In this document: piece after piece, positions 17,051 to 34,759 of the stretch
Position numbering within the stretch: the stretch's first letter is position 1
Layout: each line of letters starts with the position of its first letter
From: the human T2T-CHM13v2.0 reference genome, Homo sapiens
DNA length: 64,000 nt
NCBI RefSeq assembly: GCF_009914755.1
Contig: NC_060938.1
Direction: 5' to 3' (one strand)
Notes under the pieces: model-generated
The model's database searches: none
Seen by the model: the letters and a program-made list of their open reading frames with translations, nothing else
What the model was told of the DNA's origin: nothing
Translations under genes and position numbers: made by a program

Positions 17051-17696
17051 TCAAAGCACACTCTTTAATTAATGTAATAACGTAATGTTACGAAAACTGT
17101 TCTGATCTTAAGTGGCAGAGGTTTTCTAACGTGCTAGCACATATGTTTCATTAGAAAGAAATATGACTAAAAACCATACAATGTGATTTACTATAAGTAT
17201 TGAAAAAGATATTTGCCTGTTGAGATGGCTATTTGGAAATGTCATTAAATAATCACGGTTCCCAACCACATGTCTGTGTGAATCCTGATTCCAACCACTT
17301 CTCCCTGTATGGCTAGAATGAAAAGGTTGCTCCCTTATTAGTCACCCACATGCAGATGAACCCAAAGTGACAGAAGAGGAGGCTGAATCACTGTGAGTGA
17401 GCTGGAGAGGCTGCAGAAGGATGGCAACCCATATGAAATTCTCATCTGTGAAGTAGCTAAACTCGTCCAATTTCATCACTTCGGGAGCTAACAAGTTCCA
17501 AAAGTCTAATTCTTTCTCTTTGAAATAATAAGTGCTGAATAAAGCATCTTTTAAATCTATGTTTTATTGTCTGTGATTTCATTCTGATGAAATCACCAGG
17601 TAATTCTTTTTTCCCTTATATATTCCTATTACATCCTATCAGATTTTCCAACTATCTTCTACCCTTATACTCTGACTTTATTTTTTTAAACTCCTT

Positions 17697-17748
17697 CTGC
17701 ATGTTCTGCACATGTACCCCAGAAGTTAAAGTATAATAAAAAAGAAGC
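17697..17748 (+). mobile_element. Tiny L1PA 3'-terminal fragment
   Basis: ctgcatgttctgcacatgtaccccagaagttaaagtataataaaaaa matches the L1PA 3' terminus. Confidence 0.75.
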
Positions 17749-19080
17749 CCTTTAATATCAAATCCCACCCTCTCCATATCCTATAAACCCTTATCTTTTT
17801 CCTTTGTTCTTCCCCCTAGAAAATAACTACAAGTTGTATCCATCCTGTGATTCTTCAAAGTCCCCACAGGATGAGTTCAACGCTGTCTAGGGACAAGACA
17901 AGTAATATTAATACTATTCTATTATTCTGATTTCAAGCTACTTCATCTGTTAAGAGAAGTGTTCTTTAGGCTTTCCGATAACTCAATGGCCAATCCAAAA
18001 TCTTCAGTGGACAACAGTGGCTGAATAGAGTGGAACAATTCCACAGCTATTAGGAATTTCCCAAGAGGCTTATAGAGTAACTTGTATTTCCTGAAATGTC
18101 TCTGGCTAAACAAAGGCAATAGGAATCTGCAGAAAAGAAATTTCTTTAGGAATTTATCTCATGATTGACAGCACAAGAATTTATCTAACCTTCACTATGA
18201 AGTTTAACTAGTTCTCTCAAATTCATATTTGGCTGTTTACTTTATGCCACTTTAATGTAGTTTTCAGAAATATAATAAGGATGAATAGAGTTTCATGAAG
18301 TTAATTTTCTTAAACAAATTTTTAGAAAGTGTAAGCTGTAAACTGCATTCTTTTGGCCATAGATACAGCAGGTAAAATAGACAAAAGGGTCTGGGTCACA
18401 GGAGGAGGTAGAAAAGGCCTTATTACTTTTTGGCTACTTGCCATAGGGATAAAATATAACAAATAAAGCAAACATTTGACAGACTGTAAAATATTTCATA
18501 ATATGTCTGATCTACAATTTTCAAAAACTGAGCTGCAAGGATGGAGTTACGTGGCACAGATGACTAGGGTGCTAAAATGAGAACCCGTAAGATTCGATTT
18601 ATGCAACTTTCTTAAAGTCTCCTTGATGTGTACAAGTGACTATAAGAGCATTTGCAACTCCTTGTCATATTATGGCACTTCTAGGTAGCAACTAAGGAAT
18701 GAGAACAATGGCATTTTTAAGCTACTCATGCAAATTGAGAAATTTATTTTATTTTGCTCATGTATTTATTTTACTGTGTAATATCAACCATTAAAATTCC
18801 AGTACCAAGAAGGGCAAATATGTGAGAAATCAGGCATCACATTATAATTGCCTAGCTGAGAAAAACAGATATTTGGCTCTACATTACAGAATTGATTATA
18901 GAAAAATTACTAATCTATATAATTTAATATTTCTAAAATATCACAGAAAAAATATCCAAATTCTATTTTGCTTTCCAAAATTTACTAAAAAATTAAAATG
19001 AATTAAAAAAACTATTTTATGATGCTTTTATTTTCCAGTAATCACATTAGCAAGTTTTATATTAGTAGGTACATACTTAC

Positions 19081-19133
19081 CACATTTTCTTGAATCTGGC
19101 AATTTGATACTGAAATACTCACAGAGATATCTC
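19081..19133 (-). CDS. PRKD1: PRKD1 exon 11 (53 nt): RDISVSISVSNCQIQENV
   Basis: ttccag|GAGATA...AATGTG|gtaagt. Confidence 0.96.
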
Positions 19134-19344
19134 CTGGAAATGCATGTAAAACAATATGCACACAAAAAGTCAGTAAGAGATGCAATAGCAAAACAAGTAA
19201 GTACATGCTTACAAATCATCCTGCAAAAGTGGTTTTAACTAAATCATAGCAATTAGGTTTTTCTAAGAAAATGTCATTAGAATATTTATTTCCTTTCAAA
19301 ATTACATATTCAACATACTTGTTTTTGAAAAATAATATTTCATC

Positions 19345-19570
19345 AATTTAGGGTTTGGAGTCAGAAGGACTTGGATTCAAATACTGGCTTTGCTACTTCA
19401 CAGCTTTGGTACAAGCTTAGACAACTTAACCTCGCTCGAGAGACACTGATTTCTTAAGTTGTAAAACAGGCAAATCGTTAAAGTCTACCTGTTGGAATTC
19501 GATTAGGCATTAAAATAGAGGTCTCATATAAAGTGCTTAGCACTAAAATAGGCATATATATTCTATTAAT
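19345..19570 (+). mobile_element. MIR
   Basis: ggagtcagaaggacttggattcaaatactggctttgctact...aaagtgcttagcac. Confidence 0.65.
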
Positions 19571-19937
19571 ATGTATTTTCGTTGTAGAGATAAATTAAAA
19601 AATTATGACAGATAAATGGATAACACTATAATGTAAAAAAACCAGAGGTTAATTCATAGGTTTCATTATGAGTAACTATTATGAAATTTAAAAATAAATG
19701 ACTTTTTTATAGAAATATTCCTCTAAAATTTCTTCTTTAAAATTTATCCTCAATACTGAATCTAGGTTGCATTTTAGCAAATGTATCTCATTCTACTAAT
19801 GAACAGAGAATTCTTCCTGGGATAAAGTGATCAAGAATTACCAATTACCATGTACTCTGCACGTCAATACCCTGCACAGAATACTAGGTGAGGTGTTTTT
19901 AGGGAAACTTATTAATTCAGATTTGCAAATAACAAGA

Positions 19938-20475
<538 letters not shown>

Positions 20476-20722
20476 AGATTACTTCTTCTTTTATAACCAA
20501 TAGCTCTAGAGGTCTGTAATTGCCTAATACATAGTGTTTACCTGAATTTGTTAAATTTTAATATAAAATAGCTATAATAAAATAGGATAATTTAACAAAC
20601 TAAACATCTTAGTATGTGCAGCAGCTTTTATTTAGACACCCTACATTCTACAATAAACTAAGTCATCCCCAAGAAGTCTTTCTTCATTCTGTTCTTAGGA
20701 AGGGCAGGGCACATGTTTACTA

Positions 20723-21088
<366 letters not shown>

Positions 21089-21507
21089 TTATCAAAAGTA
21101 TGTAAACTTTCAAAGAAAATTCATGCCAAGAACATGTGAAAAATGACATCACAAATAGCCACCATTTAAATAAAATACTTTTAAACTATAAAACACAGAA
21201 TACTGCTAAGCAAAATTAAAAAAAATACCTTTACTATGGGAAACCTTATTTCCTTTTTCTAGAAAATGTGACTTTTTATGCTATGTTCATGTGGCGAGAA
21301 TCAGTATGGTTAGGAAAAATGATTTTGAATCTTCACCAAAATCCAAGACTTAGAAAATAAGCGATAATTTTTGTAACAGTGAGGTAGAATCACAACACTT
21401 TTGAAATGCATTTAGGCAGACATGGCTATTTTTAAATTTTAACCTATTCTTTAAGGCACTCAATACATGTTAATGTAATAACATAGCCAAGTGAATAGTT
21501 TAAGTGA

Positions 21508-22231
<724 letters not shown>

Positions 22232-22833
22232 TAAAACAAAGTTTTAATTTTAAAATTAGTGAGGTTTCCATTTTCTGTGACAGCTATGTAAAATGGCTGT
22301 GGAGAATCAAATCAACTATTCCAGAGTCTGCATTCATTTTGAAGGAGCAAGTATCTATTATTTTCTCTATGAAGTTTTTTTTGGAGTTGTGTTTTACTGG
22401 GTGATATAGTATGCCACATCTGTATTACTTAATGTAGAGGGACAGAATAAAAATTGCTGCCATTTTTTTCTATAGAGGAAAGTGCTCTTTGTGAATATTG
22501 ACAAGCATGGAGAAATCATACAATGTTTCTTCACTCCTAGCAGTGTGCTAGATGCAGTGGATATCAGGAGTTTACTTTGAGCTGATCTGCTGTGACCATT
22601 AATTTTCTAGTTAAATCACACTTCTCTGCTAACATATTCAATTAATCTTCACCTCCCTCCCTCTCCCATCATCCCATGGTACCAGAAACACTCCCCAGGG
22701 AAATTTAAAATTCACAGAAGAATCAAGAGGTCCCAACCTGAATCCCAAGAAATTTGTAGACTATAGAGAAGAAAAAAAAAATAGTTCCTGGAGGAAGCAC
22801 AAAAATAGCCACGTTTGTTGGATGTATTTCCTA

Positions 22834-22995
<162 letters not shown>

Positions 22996-23084
22996 TTAGA
23001 TCCAAGATCTTTTTAAAAAACTTTAAAAATATCCCCAATTGAAAACATAAATAGATTTCCCCAATAGGGACATGCGATTTGAGG

Positions 23085-23270
23085 GTGGAAAGTGCATGGG
23101 CTTTGGGAAAGGCAGACTCATGCTCAATTTCAGGCTCTAGAGGTTGACTATTTAGCACATGTCTGATAAGTATCTGCATTTATGTTACAGGGTCGTGAGT
23201 AATAAAGAAGATGAAGTATTAGCGCCCAGTAAGAGCCTGGCATTTAGAAAGTGCATAGTAAACAGAAAAC
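23085..23270 (+). mobile_element. MIR
   Basis: gtggaaagtgcatgggctttgg...agagcctggcatttag. Confidence 0.55.
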
Positions 23271-24418
23271 ATCATTTTTAAGCTTATTTCACTGCTTGAA
23301 GGGCTAAAGGTGGATGTATAGTCTATAATAAAATAAGGTTTACTAGGAGATGCAATGTTTATTATGCATGCTCATTATTTTAGGACGTAAGAAATCCCAT
23401 GCTGATGGAGCCAGGTATTCTTGCTTCCATTGGCAATGGGAAAATTCTGAATGTTAGAGTAGAAGTAAAGAATATTTTGTTGGACAATAAGTTTGACTCC
23501 ATGACATCAACTTAAAGTCAGGGGAATGCATCAAACAACCAACTCTACCTTCTCTCCAGCTCACTACAGATCTAACCACTATGATTTGATGAACAGGTCC
23601 TTCTACACTGTAGGTATATCTTTCAGGATTTTAGGGTGTGTGTGTATTTTTATCTTATAAAAGACCCCAAAGCTCTATGATTCCGCTCTTCTCCTCCACA
23701 ACCAATTTTAGGCCAGTCAAATATATTAAATATATTACACCATGTCTAAAAAGAACTAGGCGGTATTCAATTGAGTCCTATAATATCAGGTAGGTCTTCT
23801 CTCTCTAACACAGATGGTCGAAATTATAGATAGATCAATTAGGTTATAGGTGTCTGCTTATCTGTAGTGATCCTATAGGTAAGAGATGAGAAAAGCAATA
23901 CAGTAACAGAAATCAGTCAATTGTCAACTTAACTTTGAAACGTGAATCAAGTTGTTCTCTCTTACGTACGTACACAACCTCATTCCTCAACTATTAAGAA
24001 AATCTCAGGGTACAGGATTCCAATGTTCCTGAATGGGTCAGTTCTTCAGGGAAAACTTAGTTAAGGACTTACGAAGTATAAGATAGTTATCACTGTTTTA
24101 TTCTCTGCCTAGAATGCAGTGTTTCCTATAAAATTCTAAATTGCAGTGAAGCATTCTGAAAGCACATACTGTGGCTTCCACAAGTGCTATAAAATGGCAG
24201 GTAGACATCTCAGGTAATCAAGGTCAATGAATTTGTTTGCCTGAAATTGCTTTCCACACTTTTTCCTAACTCCGTTGCTTGCTCAACTATATCTGACACC
24301 CAGAGACTGTAATGCACCTTACCTAATCCCGTGTCATGCCTGTGCTGAGGTTTACTCTGAGTAATGCAGAAATCTCACAGTCCTCACGGGACATTAGCAA
24401 CTCCTCTAATTAAAGCTA

Positions 24419-24625
<207 letters not shown>

Positions 24626-24788
24626 TTATGTATTTTCATGCATAAAACCTTATGTCAGCTAATCCAAGTGAAACTTTACAAAATTCACATCTCATGTTTA
24701 GTAAAACGTATTGTCAGGCACCATGGTTCTGAAAGTGGGTTACTCTGAAGAGTGATAGGCACGTTGTTTGTACACCTTAAAAAATCCT

Positions 24789-25083
24789 GGCCGGGTGCAG
24801 TGACTCACATCTGTAATCCCAGCACTTTGGGAGGCCGAGGCGGGTGGATCACGAGGTCAGGAGTTCAAGACCAGCCTGGCCAAGATGGTGAAACCCCGTC
24901 TCTACTAAAAGTACAAAAAAAATCAGCTGGGCATGTTGGTGGGCACCTGTAATCCCAGCTACTTGGGAAGCTGAGGCAGAGAATTGCTTGAACTCGGGAG
25001 GCAGAGGTTGCAATGAGCCAAGATTGTACCACTGCACTCCAGCCTGGGTGACAGAGCAAGACTCCATCTGAAAAAAAAAAAAA
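24789..25083 (+). mobile_element. AluS (antisense to PRKD1, intron 7)
   Basis: Full dimer with poly-A. Confidence 0.93.
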
Positions 25084-25630
25084 TTCCCAAGGCTGGGTAA
25101 TAAGCACCTCATATTTTGGGTTGAACTGTATGGTGTTCAGTTTTCAGGTAAACCTGAGGTAGAGTACTTCTTAGTCTACTGAGGCCACACTATTCAGACT
25201 CACACATGAAAGCTTATTTGCTTATTTATTTCCTATTATAGGTACATTATCAATCATTTAGAGATTACATTATTCAACATGAATTTTTAGTTTCTCTGCA
25301 TAATGTCATAAAAATTGGAATCTGCTAGTCTCTGTTTCTTCCTCTCTTCATCCCTCCCTCCTTGTCCCCCTTCCCACAACATGAATATATATGTAATTCC
25401 CACCACTGCCCCCCGGCACCATGCAAACTCTTTGGTACTAAAGAAGTGTATGTCTTCAAAAGACAGGTCACAAGACAATTATTTCCCACTATTTAAAAAA
25501 TGTTCATTATGCCATTAAATGGAAAAAAACAATCATTTTATTGCTCTACTCTCATGAACAATTTGTTTGTCAATAAACATGGCATTCGTAAAATGGACAC
25601 AAAAGTTTCAATAGGCTTTATAATATAAAT

Positions 25631-25823
25631 CAGAGACTAGGAAACATTTTCTGTAAAGGGCCAGGTAATAAATATTTTAGTTTTTGCAAAAGACCTAACT
25701 TTACCAATATAGTGCAAAAGCAGCCACAGACAATATGAATGGACAGGCTATGTTCCAATAAAACTTTACTACAAATTGGGCAGCAGTCCAATTTGCTCTG
25801 GTGGCCACATTGTGCTGACTCCT
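25631..25823. mobile_element. MER58-like hAT DNA transposon
   Basis: ttttctgtaaagggccaggtaataaatattttag...tgctgactcctg. Confidence 0.7.
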
Positions 25824-26323
25824 GATATAAAAAGTGGGGATCATCCAGTAACCAAAAGCATAATTAAATAACAGATATAAAATTGCACATACTTCTGAAA
25901 TAATATCAAGAACAGTGAAGTGTACACAGACTATGATATTTGTAACAGGGGTCAGCTAATAAAATAGATGATTTCTGCTGAGTTTGATCTTGATTTTTGT
26001 TGTTTCTACACAATGAGCTTCAAATTAATATTAACTTAGTAATAAACTTGTGGATGGCAAACATGAGCATCTCTCACATGCAAAAAAAAAAAAAATAGTT
26101 CAATGAATGAGGTGATGCTGGGAAAGAATGGCAACCACACTTCTCCCAGGGAACCCAGACCTCCTAACTTCAAAGGCTCTCATTTACAGCACGCAGTTCA
26201 TTCATATAAAAGTAAACGTGCACTTCACATTTCTACTATAATCTATTAAAATATCAAAGAGGTTTAAAGAGAAAATACTGCCTGGGGTTCCCCTGTTGGC
26301 TGAGGCTGGGAGTGCTGCTCTCA

Positions 26324-26593
<270 letters not shown>

Positions 26594-26650
26594 TCAGGTG
26601 ATCCTAAAACAAATCAATTGGAAGCCCCAAAGAGGTAGTTCTGTGATGAG

Positions 26651-26965
26651 TTTATTTTTTATTTTTTAACTTTTATTTTAAGTTTAGGAGTATATGTGCA
26701 GGTTTATTACATAGGTAAACTTGTGTCATGGGGGTTTGTTGTACAGATTATTTCATCACCCAGGTATTAAGCCTGGTACCCATTAGTTATTTTTCCTGAT
26801 CCTCCCACCCTCCAACCTTGAAGGGACCCCGTATGTGTTATTCCCCACTATGTGACCATGTGTTCTCATCATTTACCTCCCACTTATAAGTGAGAACATG
26901 TGGTATTTGCTTTTCTGTTCCTGTGTTAGTTTGCTAAAGATAATGGCCTCCAGATCCTTCCATGA
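26651..26965 (-). mobile_element. L1PA 3' end fragment
   Basis: gtgcaggtttattacataggtaaacttgtgtcatggggg...cacttataagtgagaacatg. Confidence 0.88.
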
Positions 26966-28518
26966 TTTTCAATTTCCTTTTTTATTTCAGTTTATATGCA
27001 TCTGAGTTTATGAGAGGTTGAACATGTAATTTTATAGGTAGATGCTCGTTTTCCGTTTTCCCAAGCCTGAAAACATGAAAAGTCATGAAAAACCTTGGAA
27101 GGAAGCCAAAGCTGGGATAGAAGTAAAATGCTAGAAGGCAAAGTGATACCAGGCCCAAGTGACTGGGAAGCTGCTCATATTTTAGAAGCACAGCCCTGGT
27201 GGGAAAAAAAAGTATGTAAGAGGATGACAGAAATTTTCACATGAAAAAAGATTCAAGCCACTGATTCTTACTATTGGAGTAACTTTGAAAATCACGAATT
27301 CCAATATATTAAATTGGTCACATAGCTGCAGCTTTTAAATAAGACATTTGATATTTGAAGTAATATTGAACCTGTCATTATACAGTTGATGGTAATGGCA
27401 AAAATTAAAATTACTTACTAATGCAAAGTACTCATTTTAAAATGAAAATACAGATTAATGAGAGACTCTAGCCTGCCAAGCTTGGAAAATTCACATTTTA
27501 CCAGATTTTTCTGAATGTATAAGAAAATAGAATTTCAAAGTAATCAACAACATCAAAAACTGTTCTGTATCCCCTTAGTTATAGTTATCCAGTACACACT
27601 GACATTCCCTGAGCCTGAACAAAGTCAACACCACATGCCACAGAAAGTGGGACGATCGCCAAGCTTTCAATTTTGGCAGCTAATTCATGAATCTCCAAGC
27701 CAGAAACAAGTGTGACAATGTTTTCCTGGAGAGCTCTTCCTTCTTCTTCTTTTAGGTACAGTATATATTTCTTCTAGAGAAGAAAGTTCTAGAGCAAAGA
27801 TAGTCATTCTTCAGCTTCTTAGCAACAAAAATATTCAACTGAAAGTATCTGTGATCTTTTACAGCCATTTTCCTTTCCAGAGGAATTGGAAAACTGGTAT
27901 CAGGCTAAAGGTATAAAGACCACTATCTGCAGAAAAAGCTAACCTGGGATTCTAAGTCAAATATTTTGGTAGTGATCCATTAGAATGCTACCCAAGAAGA
28001 AAATGTAAGCTCTTTGCTTAAGATATGGCATTTTTCTTAGCAGTCCTTCGAAGTTAATTTATACAGTTAGAGTTTTCTTGAAGGAATATTGCCAAATACA
28101 GAAAATACATCTATTTTTTTTTGGCTGACAAAGTTCCTTTTATTATTAAAGATGATTGAAATGAGAAGGACAGAGGAAAAGAGACTGAGAGCTATAACTT
28201 GTAGGCAGCCCAACAACATCCACATTTCTGGGCAAACTAGGATAAGAATATAAGATAATAAAACTGGGAAATAAATTATGGCTACCCAAGTTTTCAATAC
28301 TAGCTGCTCACCATGTAAAGATCATGAAAGGGTCTTTGACTGTTATCAAAACTCCATGGATGCTTTTCTATTGTAAAGTAGAACAAACACTGGCCATAAT
28401 TTACTTTAGACTGTGTCTGAAATATCTGAACCAAAACCAAAACCAAAAACCCTGACTAAAATTACATCACCACACTCTCTAATATGGAAGAAGCACAGAC
28501 ATGACAGCTGATCTTTTA

Positions 28519-28617
<99 letters not shown>

Positions 28618-28675
28618 TCAAACAAAACAAAATGAGAATTTGTCATAAAGAAAAGTGGTAACCAGAAAATACTTA

Positions 28676-28939
<264 letters not shown>

Positions 28940-29383
28940 CTACATTTTGGAAAACAATAAAGGAAGCAAGATGTAAGAGGCTATTTGATTTATATATTTA
29001 TATATTTTAAGATACCGGTTTACTCTTGTATTTAGTACTTTGATGTTTAATAATATGAAATCATACTGTATTTCTGTTAATTAATATAATTTACTTGCCT
29101 TCCCCATTTCTATTTGAGTTACCTTGCTTGTATAATCTTAAAAAAAAAAGAGAATTGGAGATCAGAATGTTTAAACATGATTTCTAGGTCTTTCAAATAA
29201 GTTTTTGCTTTAAAAAAGTGGTTTTAATACAGAAATATAAAGTTGGAGTCAAATAAACAGTGCAAATATTATATCATTGACATTTTTTACAGGATTACAT
29301 TCACATGGTTAGAAAATGCAAGCATTTATGAAAGACAGAAAATGAAAAGTAAATGCCTCCTGTTTGCCCTACATGGTACTTCA

Positions 29384-29734
<351 letters not shown>

Positions 29735-31933
29735 TTACCTAAAGAAAAAAATAAATATGATTTTACATTTTTCCTCAGCCATACAATAAAAGATTTGTAT
29801 TACTGGAAACAGAACGAATATACTATAAGAGGAATATAAAAGTGGATGTTTTGGATGTAATTTTATCTCTGTGTACTCTTGCCCATCATTTTAGAATTAT
29901 TTAATCAGCCCAGTATATAGATTTTTAAAAATTAAATTAACTAAAATTAACCATGTTTTCTATGTTTTTGGATAATTTCACAGTACCTTTGATATCCTGG
30001 GATATATTTGAGAATCGTCAGAATAAATGTATTTTAGAATCATCAGAATAAGATAAACTGAATTACTTTTGAACCGTTGTTATAATTATGTATCTCATTT
30101 ATATATCTTAGTTATTAAGTTCCTACTCTAGAGCAATAACTGTATTAGGTGCCTTAAAAGACAGGCCTTATTACCTACAGTTGAGGCATCTAAGCTCATA
30201 AAGTTTAAATACATACCCCTGGGTCAAATGCTAGTAAATAGTGCAGCCAAAATGTGAACCTACATTTGTTTGCCTCCAGAGCCCTTGTTTTATCACCATA
30301 CTCAGTTAATTTCTAATTTTAAATGATTACTGATAAGACAGCAATAAATCACATTTACAAAAAATTTCTATCCTTTTCAATCCCTATCTGTACCAAAAGG
30401 TTAAATACTATTACCAAAAGTGAAAACTATTATTTCCAGATTCACTAGCTACAGTAAAAAGAAACTTAAAATGAAGTTCTACACAGGAATATTAGGCCTA
30501 CAGTTACATTCACAATTACAATTCCATAAAGAAAAACTGTAAAGCATAATTATTCTGGAAAGGTTCAACTCTTGCAGATAAGTCTAGGGAGATTATAAAA
30601 ATAGCCAAAGGTTTGCCAAACCAGAATCATGAATATATTGAATAAATACTTTCAATGGAATTAAAGAATAATTAAATCCACAGGGTAAACTCCCTGTTCC
30701 AGTGTCCTCTAGTAACTGTAGCCAATGGGCCTGTTTTAAGCATAGACTAAAATGAAAATATTTTTCCATAGTTGAAAACTTTTAACACTCAGAATAAAAG
30801 ATAACCTGATGTCACACTTTGTTAGCAGATTTAACATGTTCTCAGATTTGGGAAATCCTATGAAAAGCTGGACAAATCACTGTTCAGTTACATTCCTTAA
30901 TTTAAGATACCTAATTGTAGGCTGTGCTAACAGAGCCAGTTTGACATTTACTATACCATGGTGCAAATTCATTAGAAAAGCAAGAGGGAATCTAGTAAAC
31001 TGAATATTTTCTTTTCATCCAACACAAACACTGCCATAAACTACAAGAACTATAATTATTTTTGAGAGGTTATTTCATTTATTACCTTCAAGGGCAAGAT
31101 TATGTAAGAAATTTAAAAATATTCCAAGTTTAGGAAAAAGAAATTAGCTGTCACTCTGTAGCCCAGAGACTATACCACACACATTTTCAGGCAATAATGA
31201 GATTTACACAGCCAGCCACATGTGTCCTTGGCACAGAATATGTAATTTATAGTGTCAACTATGTAATTTATAGTGTCAGAAATTAAGATTTTAATAGCAT
31301 TAATAAAGAGTGCCCTCATACCATTCATGCCATTTTAAATTTCAAAATCAGATAGCAATCCAACCAGACTTATCACTACCTTTTCTTACAGTCTGAAATA
31401 TGTCATTATTTTCAATATGGCCCATATTTCTAAATGAAAAAGTAAAGCTTTACAATCTTGACACAGGGTGCATGCATAGTAACGTATTTTGTAGAAATTG
31501 ATTTACTGCTGGAAGGAGACTGTTTGAGTTGTTTAATTGTACTAGATAATGAACACCTTGGGAAAGCGAGAGTGGAGAAGCTGACTGAAGTTCTGTTTTC
31601 AGTATTCAATTCTATGTTTCTGGGAGTGTATACACACACATTTGCATGTGCTTTCCCTAACATGAGGCAAATCTGAAGTGTGAAAACAAAAAAGTAAGAC
31701 TGGGTCATTATCTGATGAGTCCCTAAGCGCTTATAGGGTTTTTATCCTTCCTTCAATCAAAAATGTAAAACAAGGACTTTGTTGATACATAACAGATTAT
31801 TAAAAACACCAACTGGCTATGGAATAAGGCCATGACCCTGTAATATATATTTATCTATATTTATCAATATTTACCTAAATGTTTAAGAACCACCCTTTCT
31901 GTAATCCTGCCATCATCCCTTTAAAAATATTTC

Positions 31934-32238
<305 letters not shown>

Positions 32239-34759
32239 GGCAAAAGTATTTCTAATGATGTGATCACAAACTAAGACTTAAAGATTTTCAGAATCAATGA
32301 CATATTTTGTCATTAATAATTAATAATCAGTTGTTATTTTAAGCAAAAATATAAAATTCCAATTATTATGTGAAGTTTTATGTGAAGGCATGTACAACAT
32401 AAAGCATAATTACAGTATGTTTTTGTTTGATATATCAAGCTACAGAGCAGGCAAAAATTCAGAAATTAATAGTTTTAAAGGAAATGATACTTTTAAAAAA
32501 CTCACTGATCTTTGCATTTTAAGATAATTTCAAGAGGAAACTAGATAGCAATTCGAATCATAATGCTGACAGAAATAATTGGAACTGTTTGCATGAAATG
32601 TATTATACAAAGTAAAGAGATTTCATTATATATCAAGTTTATAAGTTATAACAACTTTGTATGTTTATTATACATAAATAAAACTCAAATTCTTCATTAA
32701 CTTACTACATTTTCTTGGCTTACTTGTATATTTAATTACAATGTGCACAGTACTTTAGAGTTTTAAATAACACCTTTCTTTAAAGCTAACTATAATAAAG
32801 TGAAAATTCTTCCTTACCGTCAACACTATTGAAGGTTTTACTGGGTTTATTAGGTTAACTAAATGGTGTTTAAATTAATTTTCACTCTTAGTCTCTATTC
32901 CAATTTGGCCCCATGTATTTGGTGAACCTGAAAAATCTGCAGAATGATTTTTTTTTTTTTTAATGAGAAGAGGAGGGAAAGTTGAAATGCTTTGGAAAGT
33001 CTGTTTTGTTCTGCTTCATTAATATGTTCAGAGAAAAAAACGGCTCAAAACTTAAAGAGCACATTTAAAATTTCGTTTTTTATAACTATGGGCAACACAT
33101 ATAAGAGAATGCATTTTTTAAAATTTTATATTTTTATATTAGCCATATGTTCTATGAATTGGAGGAGTTTGGATCAACTTACAGGTGTGGATCTTTTGTA
33201 AGAATTGACATCACTGTAAAATATGGTAGTGAGATAGATGCATATAAATGATTTGATTTGGCAAATTATATATGATGACAAACATAAAGGTATTTTTTGT
33301 GTTAGAAGTGTAAGAGTTAACACATCATGCATGGGAGATAATATGAGAACGTAATGATGAAAGTTGTATTTTGAAGCCAGGAATAGAAATTAAATAAAAT
33401 AAAAATTATGAAGATCAATTTTTTTAAGTTTGTGGTTTCACAAAGCATCTTTAACATTCTTACACCAAGTGTTTCATTTGAAATTACTGCCAAAGCTGGA
33501 ACTCTGTGCACTGAACACCTACTCAGAGAGACAATGTATCCTGCTCTTCTAGAGACTGAATTTGTTTTTTAACCTAGTGTGCTAAATTAATGACTCAGCA
33601 AGTTTGCAACCTTCCCAGGAAATGATTGCTTAGATTACATTGTGGAAACTCCAACTGCCAGCATGTCTTTAAACATTTAATAGGACTGAAATAATTTCCC
33701 AACAAGGTATATTCCACTTAGCAGTTCACAATGAACTCTCTTCATTAGTTAAGCTAGAAAACACAGAGGAAAAGTTGCCTTTACTTGTGGTTTGTTTATT
33801 GTCACTTGCGTAAAAAATCAAACATAAAATTCTCTGAGATAAAAGTCACTTGACAATAAAAAATGGCTCAAATGAAAATGTGTGCATTATTAAAATATTT
33901 CTGTGCGTTAACTAAAATTCATTTCACAGCAATTCACTGTGTCTGGATTTGGGGAGACAAACTCCCTTTGAGTTAAAGAGAAAGAGAAAGAGAATACTTT
34001 AGCATACACGCCAACATCTCTTTATGGATTTGTCTGAATCATTTGATAATAAGCTCCTATGGAAGAACAAAGTCCGTGACAAACAGTAAGCAGTTTCACC
34101 TGAGATAAGTGTATGTTTTCAAGAAGTAAATGCATAGGATTAGTGGATGAGACGTTTCAATAGAAATATTTAATATACAGACTGTAATAAAAGATTTTTA
34201 CAATTTAAAGTTACATAAACTGTTAACACTGACATACTTGCTTTACAGGATTTCAGTTTTAAGATGGGACACCTGGTTAAGGAATATTTTCCCCTGCAAA
34301 TGCTCTGTACTTGTCTGCCTGCTCCTTGCCCCTACTTCAACATGAAAATCTGTGCAGAACTCTTCTGCTACCAAACTCAAACACTTAATAGGCTGTTCAT
34401 ATTAATGGGTGGCCCTCAGCATCAAGGATGCAATGAGGAATGGTTGAGACTATAGTAATTTGGAGAGGACAGCGTCACTGTAAAACAGATAGCTACAGCT
34501 CAATTAGTTCTAACAGCTGCCATGTGAACATGTGAACCCATTGTTGATGGATCTTTTAGTTTTTCAAAAGAAGCAGGGAATCTAGGTGTGTGATAAAATA
34601 ACTTGATCTAGATGTCAGCAACTGAAAAAAAAAAAATTTAAAAACTTTGTGCCAGTCAATTTATCTGGGGACTAAATCTAGTTGAAATGGAGACCTTTGA
34701 GGTTATAAAAAGTGTTTTCTATCATTATCTAGTTCAGCCGAAGACCTTTATATATGCCA

